Part shown: one piece after another, positions 21,656 through 31,659 of the stretch
Layout: every line of letters starts with the position of its first letter
Numbering within the stretch: position 1 is the stretch's first letter
Assembly: GCA_030867685.1 (NCBI GenBank)
Contig: JAQOWU010000008.1
Span: 2,542,001 to 2,606,000 of the forward strand
Source of the DNA: Wickerhamiella versatilis
Taxonomy: Eukaryota
DNA: 64,000 nucleotides
Reading direction: 5' to 3'
Notes under the pieces: model-generated
What the model saw: the letters and a program-made list of their open reading frames with translations, nothing else
What the model was told of the DNA's origin: nothing
The model's database searches: none
Position numbers and translations under genes: made by a program

Positions 21656-23269
21656 CTAGGAGGCTGCGGCAGTTGCGAAGTCTATGGCAGCACTAGCAAT
21701 TTGATTACCAGCGCCAAAGCCTTTCTCGAGCCCATCTCCAACGAGAGACACTATTTGTCCAGCCGGCGTGGGTAATGAATTTCCAACAACATCAAGAATT
21801 GAGGCGACGCCATCTCCAATTGAGGTGACACCATCTGCAATAGGATGATCGGCCCTCCTAACCAAACCATTGGACTCACTATTGCGTAAGTCGCCGAGAG
21901 CTTCAGACAGTCCAAGTGCAATATGGAAAATCTTGTCCAACCTTTTATCAGTAGAGGAGGGAACAGGTGACGAGAGATCTTGCCTCTTTTCAAGGCCAGC
22001 AAGGTCCCCTAGATTCGAGCCGATACTACTTAGGCCAGACTCTACATCACCAGCTAAGTTTCCTAGGGAGCTGCTGTCATCTCCACCGCCCGTTAGGCTT
22101 CCCAACCCATCACTCACGGCACTTTCGACACTTGAAACAGCATCGCTAGTACCACTACTATCACCGGAACTACTACCACTACCCAGTAGATCTCCTAGAC
22201 CACCACTAACAGCGCTAGCTACGCTAGCCAGAGAGCCATCTGTACTGTCAGAACTTCCGCTACCTGTTGGAGAAGGAATCAATGCGGACAAGGCACCTAG
22301 ACCAGCACTTGCAAAACCTTGAAACAATCCAGCAGCTGCTGTCGCTGCTGATGCCACATCAGCACCGCTACCCAAAGAAATTGTAGTGGCGATAATTGAG
22401 ACCTGAGGAGCGTCTGCACGCCCAGCAAGATTTGAAGCTAATGTGTCCGAGGCCTGTACAGTTTGGGATGTCTCCAGGGTTTCTACCGATGCTGTAGCAC
22501 TTAAATCGCTAGTCGGAAGTACTGCACCGGTACCAGTGCCACCCACACCAATGGATGTTGAAGAAGTCGTTGCTTGTGTACTAACAGTCAAAGACTCAAG
22601 AAGCCCCGAGGACAGTGTAGTGCCAACGATAGAGCTTGTAGCAAGTATGGTATTAGCTGGGTTGTCACTCAACTCTGCCGAACCCAAAGTTATCCTTCCA
22701 GTAGCTGATGGTGCTGCTGCAACTTGCTGTGACCCTGCAGCTAATGTAGCCTCAACTACAGATAATACACTTCCTACGGCTGGTGGAATTGATTGTATGT
22801 TTAAAGCTGCAGTTATGGCTGCAAGTTGAGACTGGATTGCTGCAAGACCCGCACTCCCTACAGCACCATTTCCATTTCTAAGTTCAGAGTATAATTCATT
22901 GATGTCTTGAGGAAGATTCGAGCCAACAGCGAATGTGCTTTGGGTCGGGGATTCAGTTATTACAGCACTATTAACAGTGGTTGTACTTGCAAGGGTAGAT
23001 TCATCGGTAACGTTAGCCTCACTTACCACCGGTTGTACGCCTTGTTCAATCGTAATATGACTGACACCATTTGAAGGAGCTGCAGTCACGACTGGCTGTG
23101 TACTTACCGCTTGCTGATTTACAGTAACTGTGACCACTTGCTGAGAGCACCCTGGTACAATACTGTAGCCGCCATCACTACCATAACCTGGGATCCATTT
23201 GTGGAGCCAAGGTGCAGGTGCAGCGATAGCGGGATCAAGCCCTAACAAATAAATCAATAGCATTGTCAT
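21656..23269 (-). CDS. Orphan secreted Ser/Thr/Ala/Gly-rich protein with dibasic (KR/RR) processing sites
   Basis: 537 aa; hydrophobic N-terminus ending A-I-A-A-P; S/T-rich body; EKR, DKR and VRR near C-terminus. Confidence 0.7.
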   Translation of the reverse strand: MTMLLIYLLGLDPAIAAPAPWLHKWIPGYGSDGGYSIVPGCSQQVVTVTVNQQAVSTQPVVTAAPSNGVSHITIEQGVQPVVSEANVTDESTLASTTTVNSAVITESPTQSTFAVGSNLPQDINELYSELRNGNGAVGSAGLAAIQSQLAAITAALNIQSIPPAVGSVLSVVEATLAAGSQQVAAAPSATGRITLGSAELSDNPANTILATSSIVGTTLSSGLLESLTVSTQATTSSTSIGVGGTGTGAVLPTSDLSATASVETLETSQTVQASDTLASNLAGRADAPQVSIIATTISLGSGADVASAATAAAGLFQGFASAGLGALSALIPSPTGSGSSDSTDGSLASVASAVSGGLGDLLGSGSSSGDSSGTSDAVSSVESAVSDGLGSLTGGGDDSSSLGNLAGDVESGLSSIGSNLGDLAGLEKRQDLSSPVPSSTDKRLDKIFHIALGLSEALGDLRNSESNGLVRRADHPIADGVTSIGDGVASILDVVGNSLPTPAGQIVSLVGDGLEKGFGAGNQIASAAIDFATAAAS

Positions 23270-23798
23270 GAATAACTGAACAAGTAGGAAATCAGCGACT
23301 TTATATCACATGATGTTGAGATGTAACATGTTGTTTGAGAAGCTGACGTGAATATCATTTGCCCCGCAGACGTATCCGTCTATTACAATTTTTTTGATGC
23401 AATATTTGGAGTTGAAAACCATATTTTACTCTCTTTTTTTTAATTGCCTAATGAAGTTTCCTATCTGTTTGTCCCTTGATACTGGATCCTGGATCACAAA
23501 AGCATGCATTTTCGTACCGACACGCTTGTATCAACCTTATTTGTTTGTTACAAACAGAGTCGAGAAATTTCGCCTATTATTGATCTTAAAGAAACTTAAA
23601 TATATTGTGAGCTTTTTTAGCCCTAGGCCTAGCCTCTAGTCCAACCAGTGTCAAGGAGGAAAATCATATATAACGCACTAGTAAATTGCGAACTACAATG
23701 CGGGAGGTGAATTTTGGCTCCTCCTAAGGCCCTGTGGCAACAGCTTTCTCCCCAAGAGAAAACAAAGGTAGGTATTCGAACGGAGAGTAATCTCTTTC

Positions 23799-24206
23799 TT
23801 AGGCCGCCGATCGTACCATAGTCTCCAGATATCTATCAAATTTTGCGCTTCTTATCGGCATATCAGGGGTGTAGAATGGATTCTTCATCACATAGTCTGA
23901 GTAAAGCTGGTAGATCTGTTGTTTGATTTCGTCGATTGCAAATTGGCGAGGATCAGTTAGAAAAAAGAATTTAACTCCTGTCAATGGCTGAAAGCAGTAT
24001 AAAGATGCATCCGGCATTTCAACAACATTAAATCCGCTGCTTTTCCCCGTAGGACTAATTTTAGATGAGAGTGCATGGACTGAATGAAGCGTGCTCGCTA
24101 AACTCAGATACCCATTGTCATCCAACTTATTCAAGCTCTCTGTGAAGTCTCGCTGGAAAATAAGACCCCCAGCTTTGTTAAGGATGTACACGCTCTTTAT
24201 TGCCAT
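23799..24206 (-). CDS. TRS23: TRAPP subunit Trs23 (sybindin family)
   Basis: YILNKAGGLIFQRDF, LASTLHSVHA, CFQPLTGVKF, YSDYVMKNPFYTPDMPIR; ATG at 24206. Confidence 0.93.
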   Translation of the reverse strand: MAIKSVYILNKAGGLIFQRDFTESLNKLDDNGYLSLASTLHSVHALSSKISPTGKSSGFNVVEMPDASLYCFQPLTGVKFFFLTDPRQFAIDEIKQQIYQLYSDYVMKNPFYTPDMPIRSAKFDRYLETMVRSAA

Positions 24207-24592
24207 CCCAAAACCTGGAGGGTCAGCTGAGTCATGTAATCGTTGGTTGTGCTCAAAGCATAGCACCTTGTGCTGCAAGAGTATATTATCTCACAAGCTG
24301 TAATTGTCATAATTGCGATATAACTACCGTTATTGTTTAAATTCTCTCTCTATTGAACGAAGAATAATTCGAATTCTCTAATTGAAGTTGTTTTCTCTTC
24401 CCTCGTGTAATTATTTCCTGGAAAATTCCTCTCTGGTTTCTCCAGTGAAGCTAAAATAAAATAAAATACCCAATAGCAGCAGAATTTTTTATTTTATCGC
24501 TACATATTCGTAAAAACTCGTGTTGTTAGTCATAAATGTCTTGCTCGGACAAATAAGGTCTCATTAATTACTAGTTGCGGTTACGTGAAACC

Positions 24593-26140
24593 ATGTATCG
24601 AAGAATTGCAGCCTCAGGTACGGCATTGGCCGCTACTATTCTTTTTAGCAGCCAAACTGTGTTGCTAGACAGTAAAAAAGAAATCCCCGTGGAAGAATTA
24701 AAGAAACACAACAAGCCAAATGATTTATGGGTGGCTGCCAATGGTCAAGTCTATGACCTGACCCATTTCAAGAAAATCCATCCAGGAGGGGCCAAGATTC
24801 TGGAGAAATATGCAGGTTCCAATGCGAGCAAAATCTTCAATAAGTATCATGCTAAAGATATTCCTCAGAAAATGCTTTCTCCTAAGGAGCAGTTAGGGAC
24901 CTTGAAAGGAAATCTTGAAGAAGCCGAAGATATTACTGAAGGTGGAGACTCTAAAAAGCGCCAAGAGTATCTTGCCAATCTTCCTAGGCTCAGTGATTTG
25001 TTCAATATCAACGATTTCGAGTATATTGCGAAGCGCATCTTGGCGCCAACGGCTTGGTATTATTATTCCTCTTGTGCTGATGATGAATACACCTATAGGA
25101 ATAACCACAATGCCTACGAACGTATCTTTTTCAAACCATATGTTTGCCGAGATATTGGAGTGGTAGACATGACCACGGAAATGCTTGGTAGCACTGTGTC
25201 GGCCCCATTCTATTGCTCTGCTTGTGCACAGGCAAAACTTGGACATCCAGATGGAGAGAAGGGCATTGCCCGGGGTTGCGGTAAGCAAGGCATTGCGCAG
25301 ATGATTTCCAATTACGCGTCTTATTCTTTGGCAGAAATTGCGGGCCAAGTCCCTGACCAGGTGCAGTGGTTCCAGCTGTATACTTCACCTGACCGTCAGG
25401 TATCATTGGACCGCATAAAAGAAGCTGAGCAGAGAGGTATGAAAGGAATTTTCGTTACTGTGGATACACCTGAACTTGGTCGCCGTGAAAAGGATATGAA
25501 GGTCCGTGCGGAGATGAATCTCGGCGGCGATGATAGCTCAGACTCGAAAGAACTGAATTCCAGCGTGGTATATGGCAGGGCATTCCCAATGACATGGGAT
25601 GATGTACAACTTTTCAAGAAATCAACGAAACTCCCCATTGTGCTTAAGGGTATTCAGCGTACTGAAGATGTTATCCGTGCCGCAGAAAGTGGTGTGAAGG
25701 GAATTGTTCTATCAAATCATGGTGGTAGGCAATTGGACTTTTCTCCAGCGCCGATAGAAGTTCTTGCTGAGGCTCGACCTGCATTGAAGAAGCGAAACTT
25801 GGACCTTGAGATCTATATTGACGGAGGTGTGCGTCGTGGATCCGACATCATCAAGGCGCTTGCTCTAGGTGCTACTGGTGTCGGTCTTGGTCGTCCTTTT
25901 ATGTATGCTAACTCTGGATATGGCGAAGCTGGAGTGAACAGAGCCTGTGAAATGCTGAAACAAGAGATCGCTATTGACATGAAAATGCTGGGCGTCAGCA
26001 AATTATCGGAGCTCACTCCAGACCTTCTAGATACTCGTGGCTTGGCTTACAGACAGCCTCCATATGATGAAGCCTTCTACCGCAACTACGAGCCTTTGGG
26101 TGTTCCGAAATTCTCCAATGAGGTTGATACTGCTGCCTAG
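24593..26140 (+). CDS. CYB2: Flavocytochrome b2 (L-lactate cytochrome c oxidoreductase)
   Basis: Targeting peptide, cytochrome b5 domain (HPGG), FMN domain QWFQLY, LSNHGGRQLD, DGGVRRGSD; ATG at 24593. Confidence 0.92.
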   Translation: MYRRIAASGTALAATILFSSQTVLLDSKKEIPVEELKKHNKPNDLWVAANGQVYDLTHFKKIHPGGAKILEKYAGSNASKIFNKYHAKDIPQKMLSPKEQLGTLKGNLEEAEDITEGGDSKKRQEYLANLPRLSDLFNINDFEYIAKRILAPTAWYYYSSCADDEYTYRNNHNAYERIFFKPYVCRDIGVVDMTTEMLGSTVSAPFYCSACAQAKLGHPDGEKGIARGCGKQGIAQMISNYASYSLAEIAGQVPDQVQWFQLYTSPDRQVSLDRIKEAEQRGMKGIFVTVDTPELGRREKDMKVRAEMNLGGDDSSDSKELNSSVVYGRAFPMTWDDVQLFKKSTKLPIVLKGIQRTEDVIRAAESGVKGIVLSNHGGRQLDFSPAPIEVLAEARPALKKRNLDLEIYIDGGVRRGSDIIKALALGATGVGLGRPFMYANSGYGEAGVNRACEMLKQEIAIDMKMLGVSKLSELTPDLLDTRGLAYRQPPYDEAFYRNYEPLGVPKFSNEVDTAA

Positions 26141-26372
26141 AATATATGGCGAGGAAGAAAATAAACGTATTCTTTGTTAAGATGTAGGCAAGCTATGTAT
26201 TTTCTGAAGAATCCCTAGTTTTTTTTTGGTAGGCGAGAGAATGCAGTTATCTGCAGGAGCGTCCGGCGACGGTCGTTGGCATGTCAGATTAGCTAGCGTA
26301 ACCTAACCCTGGATCTTACGCACACCTGTGTCGCATTTCTGTATTGTTAACTGTTAAGGACAAAGGCTGTTT

Positions 26373-27146
26373 ATGATGAGCCGTGAGAACCAACTGATCT
26401 TCGCTCGTCTGAGCGAGCAATCCCAGCGTTATGAGGAGATGGTTGAGCACATGGAAGCGCTTGTGAAGGAGGGCGAACCTCTGAATGTTGACGAACGGAA
26501 TCTGCTCTCAATCGCGTTTAAGAATGTGGTAGGCATCAGGCGTGCGTCCTGGCGTTTTGTATTGATGAGTGAACAACGTGAAGAGACACAAGGTGCCGCG
26601 CATCATGTTGAGCTAATCCGGGGATTCAGGCGAAAGATCGAGGGCGAACTGGAGCCTACCTGCCTAAAAATAATCCGTTTGGTCGATGAATATCTATTGC
26701 CAAATTCCCAAGACGCTGATGCTAAGATCGTATACCACAAAATGAAGGGAGATTACTATCGTTACCTTGCCGAATTTATTGAGGGGGATAAGAAGAAGGA
26801 AACGGCATCTGCTGCTTGTGAGTCTTATCGCGTGGCTTCAGAGTTGGCTCAGGAACTCCTGCTCCCAACACATCCGCTCCGCTTAGGACTTGCCCTCAAT
26901 TTCAGTGTGTTCCATTATGAGATTCTGAATTCGGCTGAACAAGCATGCCACCTCGCAAAAGAAGCCTTCGATGATGCAGTTCGTGCCCTGGACAGTTCTG
27001 AGCAAGACGATGGAACCATTGAAAGCAATGAGCTTTATCAGGACGCTGAACTGATCATGCAACTTCTCAGGGACAATCTTACCTTCTGGCAGAATGATCT
27101 AACTATGACCCAGCATCAGGTAAATAAAGAAGAAGATGCGTCCTAG
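26373..27146 (+). CDS. 14-3-3 protein (divergent Bmh paralogue)
   Basis: ERNLLSIAFKNVVG, RRASWR, KMKGDYYRYLAE, PTHPLRLGLALNFSVFHYEI, LIMQLLRDNLTFW. Confidence 0.93.
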   Translation: MMSRENQLIFARLSEQSQRYEEMVEHMEALVKEGEPLNVDERNLLSIAFKNVVGIRRASWRFVLMSEQREETQGAAHHVELIRGFRRKIEGELEPTCLKIIRLVDEYLLPNSQDADAKIVYHKMKGDYYRYLAEFIEGDKKKETASAACESYRVASELAQELLLPTHPLRLGLALNFSVFHYEILNSAEQACHLAKEAFDDAVRALDSSEQDDGTIESNELYQDAELIMQLLRDNLTFWQNDLTMTQHQVNKEEDAS

Positions 27147-27209
27147 GGGCTTCCCTTGATGAGTATGAACTAATTCATACATGAACACTGTTTTAAGTTA
27201 AATATAGCT

Positions 27210-29393
27210 TTAAAAAAGATATCCGCGGCATTTTTCTGAACCGCACATGCATTTTACGCGATCTTCACCCTCCTCGGCTGCGGTGAACTTATAATCAAAG
27301 GTGAGTTCTTCGCCTGGTGAAATATCACGTAGGGCGTATAAAACAATTCGCTTGGCCCCATCGACCCTGATGATTTTTGCCTCAAGGCTCGGATCGCACG
27401 AATGGTTGATAAACCGAGCTTGGTTACCACATTTTGTAGCATCAACAATATGTTCCAAGTCAATCCTGAACAGATAAGATGAATCGAGCCCCTCTGCGAG
27501 GTATTGGCGCTCTCTAGCATCACTGAACTCGTCGCGTAGCAATTCGCCAACATACTCAATCACAAATTCACGAGCTTCAATGGGCTCAGCCGCATACAAC
27601 CCCCAGTCATGAATAGCTGAGCGGGCAAGCCGGACATTCTTTGCCCGTCTATTGAGTGAACTTTCGAAGAAGAGTTCTGTGTTCATACCGTACCGCTGGC
27701 GATTATATTGCAACGCTCGAGCAACCCGCCTGCTCTCCATACGTTTCTCCCGGGAAGAATTATGTACTTCAGCCTCAAGAGGCTCAGCATTATCAACCTG
27801 TATCACATCTACAGGACCATTTCTGCGACGTGCTAAGAGATAAGAATCTTTAACATGACTTGGAATCTTGTGAAAAGGCTGGGTGCGCCAGGCAGGCGTA
27901 GGGTTACGCTTCCATTGCACGCCGTCAGTTGCAAAAGCATATACAGATTCAAGATGACGCTGCTCCTTAAGAAATTTCGTGATGTCTAAATTAGGGCGCC
28001 GTTTAACACCAGAAAACGCAGCTTTTGCAAACTCGAAATCTTCTTCATCCGAGACTAGATCTTGAAAGTTCCTCACACTAACGCCCAAGTCGCCCGCTGC
28101 TACAGCATGAGGAAGGCTGCTCCGCGATGGCAGCCATTGTGAAAATGGATCTGTACTCTCTTCGGGCACTAATGCACGGTCTGGCTCCGAATTCACGATT
28201 GAAACAGAGTCATCGCGAGCATCTGATATTTTTATGTCTTCATCTTCATCTTCCTCTTGTGGAGAACTAGTTGCTGACACTAGTTTGTCTTGTTCCGCTA
28301 ACTCAAGACGTCTACGCTTCTTGCGAAAGCTGGGCAGTATCATCGAATTATCTGTTGACGTCCCGTCAGGTTTCTGCTTTGGTATTAGACCCGCGGTCTG
28401 CCGTTCTACACAGTCATGTATATATGGAACCACAAAGAGTGTTAGTATCTCTCTAGCCACCACATCGCGGATTTCATTCGAGATACGGTCGCGTATAAGT
28501 TCCATAGATGTGTCGCCATCCTCCGAGGGCATCTGCTGGAGCTTTAGCGCTAATGGGAATCCATTAAAGCTTTTACCATCCATGGCTTTATAACAATATG
28601 CAGCTTCTTTGGCGTCTTCGAACACCACAAAGAACCCTGTAGCATTAGCGAGCACCCTGTACGCCCGAAAAGCACCAAAATGGTTGCGAATCTGGCCTTT
28701 ACTTGTTGCTCGAAAGCCAGGCCAGCCTATACGGCTAATGAAAATATATGGTAGGTTCCCGATTCTTTCGGAAACCCACTGCTCTTGTGTCAGCTTTGGT
28801 CGCTCTCCCTGGGACTCCATGGCATTAGCCTCTGAAGAGCGCTGTTTACCCTGAGCTGCTTCTAAGTTCCGCTCTTTTTCCCTCTTTGCATGCAAATTTT
28901 CGATGATTTTTCGTTCTTTTTCACCTCGCTGGTCAAATTCTGCTTGAACAAAATCTAGCCCAACCTGAATTTTTGGTGAAAGTTGTACTAACTTTTTCGC
29001 TGCTTCATGTTGATCCTCGTTATCCTTTCCAGCAAATCTAACACGGCATAAGCCAAGTGAAGCACCTGTCTGAAGGTCTTGAACAAGCTCACAAACAGCA
29101 CAATTACCAAAAGGGGCCAATGCACTTTCAACTTGCGAACGCATGGTGAGGCTTGAAAGTCCATAAATCAACACTTTCACCGGTGGAGGCCCTGCAAAAG
29201 AAGGCAGCCAACCTTCAGTCAGGGGGATCCGCCGATGAGCACCGTGGCGAGTCAATTCAGATATTAAGTGTCCACGTCGCGGATCCTCCGCTTTACCCCA
29301 TGGGCCTCCAACTTCATACCGAGGCTTACCCCTCTGGCCTATTAACTCAGGGTCAAAAACACACCGGTACTGGCGCGGAGGATCCGGGGCCAT
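27210..29393 (-). CDS. SET1: Histone H3K4 methyltransferase Set1 (compact)
   Basis: RRM1 (TGASLGLCRVRF), RRM2, n-SET RxxxRR, SET domain RSAIHDWGLYA, ARFINHSC, post-SET CMCGSEKCRGYL. Confidence 0.93.
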   Translation of the reverse strand: MAPDPPRQYRCVFDPELIGQRGKPRYEVGGPWGKAEDPRRGHLISELTRHGAHRRIPLTEGWLPSFAGPPPVKVLIYGLSSLTMRSQVESALAPFGNCAVCELVQDLQTGASLGLCRVRFAGKDNEDQHEAAKKLVQLSPKIQVGLDFVQAEFDQRGEKERKIIENLHAKREKERNLEAAQGKQRSSEANAMESQGERPKLTQEQWVSERIGNLPYIFISRIGWPGFRATSKGQIRNHFGAFRAYRVLANATGFFVVFEDAKEAAYCYKAMDGKSFNGFPLALKLQQMPSEDGDTSMELIRDRISNEIRDVVAREILTLFVVPYIHDCVERQTAGLIPKQKPDGTSTDNSMILPSFRKKRRRLELAEQDKLVSATSSPQEEDEDEDIKISDARDDSVSIVNSEPDRALVPEESTDPFSQWLPSRSSLPHAVAAGDLGVSVRNFQDLVSDEEDFEFAKAAFSGVKRRPNLDITKFLKEQRHLESVYAFATDGVQWKRNPTPAWRTQPFHKIPSHVKDSYLLARRRNGPVDVIQVDNAEPLEAEVHNSSREKRMESRRVARALQYNRQRYGMNTELFFESSLNRRAKNVRLARSAIHDWGLYAAEPIEAREFVIEYVGELLRDEFSDARERQYLAEGLDSSYLFRIDLEHIVDATKCGNQARFINHSCDPSLEAKIIRVDGAKRIVLYALRDISPGEELTFDYKFTAAEEGEDRVKCMCGSEKCRGYLF

Positions 29394-29431
29394 CCACCGT
29401 CTTAGAATTGGCTTCTATTACTAATGTGGTC

Positions 29432-29836
29432 ATGAGTGGTTCTCTTATCACTCAAGGATTGAATCACGATACTATTCTAACTGTTATAGATATATTGGAT
29501 GTTGGACATTCTCGACAGTCACAGCTCGAGAAGCATGAGAATAGTGGCCGTCAACAAGTAGATGGATCAACTGATGACGATGGTAATACTGCTCAAAAAA
29601 GCATTCTTACGACAACTTTGCGCCTGAGTGTCCAAACAAATGATGGAAAGACCTTTTTTATGTTATTTCGAAAACCACCGTTGAATATACCGAAGCTAGG
29701 CTGTACTTTTCGTCTCATAGACGGGGAATTCCACAGGGGGGTTCTACTCGTTAACTCAGAGGACCTCAGCTTAATCCAATCAGGTATGAAACTCACATCA
29801 GACGATATTAAGAAAAGGCTTGCAATTGATGGGTGA
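29432..29836 (+). CDS. RMI1: RecQ-mediated genome instability protein Rmi1 (OB-fold only)
   Basis: VIDILDVGHSRQSQLE..LRLSVQTNDG..KLGCTFRL..RGVLLV matches the Rmi1 N-terminal OB fold pattern; lies near MET12-RAD1 as in S. cerevisiae. Confidence 0.65.
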   Translation: MSGSLITQGLNHDTILTVIDILDVGHSRQSQLEKHENSGRQQVDGSTDDDGNTAQKSILTTTLRLSVQTNDGKTFFMLFRKPPLNIPKLGCTFRLIDGEFHRGVLLVNSEDLSLIQSGMKLTSDDIKKRLAIDG

Positions 29837-30021
29837 AGTTATTTTTATAAAGATTTTTTGTGACTCGAAGGATCACCGGTCCTAAAGTTTTTCGCCTAAT
29901 CAGTTTCTCCTGCTTATATTTATATTCTCACATGGTGTTCTTATAAATCAGAGCATTTCAAATAGTCTTAAAAGGTTTTTCCAACATAACTATATCTCTT
30001 ACTTACCTCTATTGAGTAGTT

Positions 30022-30978
30022 CTACTGAGTTGGTTGCCGCAGGGTGTTACGGCGGCTCAGAGAGAGCTGTTGCGCTACACCAGCTAGATTTAGAGAGGAC
30101 GCCTGACGTGAAGCTTCAAGCGATCTGGCTGGCTGATCGCTTTTTTCGGCAAAAGAGCGAGCGAGATCAGTAGACTTTTCCACGGCAGATATAACATGGG
30201 AGCGAACTGCACCCTTCTCAAGCTCAGCAAGTCCGTTGATTGTGGTACCACCCGGCGTCGAAACGGCGTTACGCAAAATTGCCGGATGGCCACCGTCAAG
30301 TACCATTTGAGAAGCACCCAGCATAACCTGGGCAGCACACTGACAAGCAGTGTCGTAAGGCAGGCCCTGCTTCAATGCCCCGTCCACGAGGCTCTCTATG
30401 AAGAGGTAACCAAACGCCGGACCGGATCCACACAAAGCCACGCATACATCCTGCTTCGACTCTTCCACAACTATGAATTTTCCTGTTTGGGTAAACAGCC
30501 ATTCCACAGCCAAGGTGATTGGACTATCAGGATGGTATTCACCCTGAAAGCTCAAGGCAGTCATACCGAGACCAATGCGTGAGGCTGTGTTGGCGGTAGC
30601 ACGAACAATGAATGCGTTGACACTGGAATATTGACGGATAGTATCAATTGTAGTGCCTGCTAGCAAGGATACCAAAATAGTGAAATGAGAGTAGTGCAGA
30701 CGTCCCAATATCTCCTTGACCATATAAGGCTTGAAAGCCAGTATTACTACGTGGGATTCATCGATAACTGTCTGATTATCTTCGACGACAGTGACCTTAC
30801 TCCCAAATTGGGCCCGGAGACGCTCACGGGAGGCTTCAGTCTTCGCGCTCACAATATACTTCTGTGGGATAGTCTCTAGATCTGCATTCTCCGCACCTTT
30901 GATTGCAGCAGTCAGGATTGCTGTACCCATTTGGCCACAGCCTATAAACCCAAGAGTATATCCAGACTCAAGCACCAT
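30022..30978 (-). CDS. PRO3: Pyrroline-5-carboxylate reductase
   Basis: LGFIGCGQMG Rossmann motif, ALCGSGPAF, VSTPGGTTINGL; ATG at 30978. Confidence 0.95.
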   Translation of the reverse strand: MVLESGYTLGFIGCGQMGTAILTAAIKGAENADLETIPQKYIVSAKTEASRERLRAQFGSKVTVVEDNQTVIDESHVVILAFKPYMVKEILGRLHYSHFTILVSLLAGTTIDTIRQYSSVNAFIVRATANTASRIGLGMTALSFQGEYHPDSPITLAVEWLFTQTGKFIVVEESKQDVCVALCGSGPAFGYLFIESLVDGALKQGLPYDTACQCAAQVMLGASQMVLDGGHPAILRNAVSTPGGTTINGLAELEKGAVRSHVISAVEKSTDLARSFAEKSDQPARSLEASRQASSLNLAGVAQQLSLSRRNTLRQPTQ

Positions 30979-31659
30979 TCTGACCAAGTCTGTTGTGTTA
31001 GTAATCAAAACGGAATCCCCCACTTTACGACAGCTTTGATCACCTTGTAGCTGAATAATGAAAAGATGATATAGCGACACATTACAAGAAAAAATACACA
31101 TCACTTGCCGACTACAACCACCAGGAATAGTGGATAATGATTTAGACAAGCATTACTGATTTCTTGGTCAATTGTAACCCACAGATATTTCTCCAATTTC
31201 TGTTTTAACCAGTGGTGACCGCTCTAGCAATATGTTATGACCTATTTTATCTGAAAACAATGAATTATGCCTGGCTATGTTTGCGCTGCATATCACTCAT
31301 ATACACATTCTTGAGGAATCTAAGAATAATACTCTATCTAATAGCTTTTTGTTACCTTGCGAACTTACAGTGTGAGACATTGACAAGATGGTTCTATTCG
31401 CCCTTCTTGCAACATATAACTCACTTACATCACATCAAAATTCTTGAGACACAGTTAGACTAGGCTAAGAACACTTAATCGGGGCCAAGAACAGATGATA
31501 CAATATGTGATTGAGTGAGGGCATATCAGGGAGACCCAAACTGAGAAAAGAATGTGACCACTTGTTACCTTCGGCCAAGAGTCAGTTCTATATTGAGCAA
31601 AGTATAGTAATAATCAATCATTCTGCAGAATTTTTGTTGAATAACAGCATTTACCAGGG

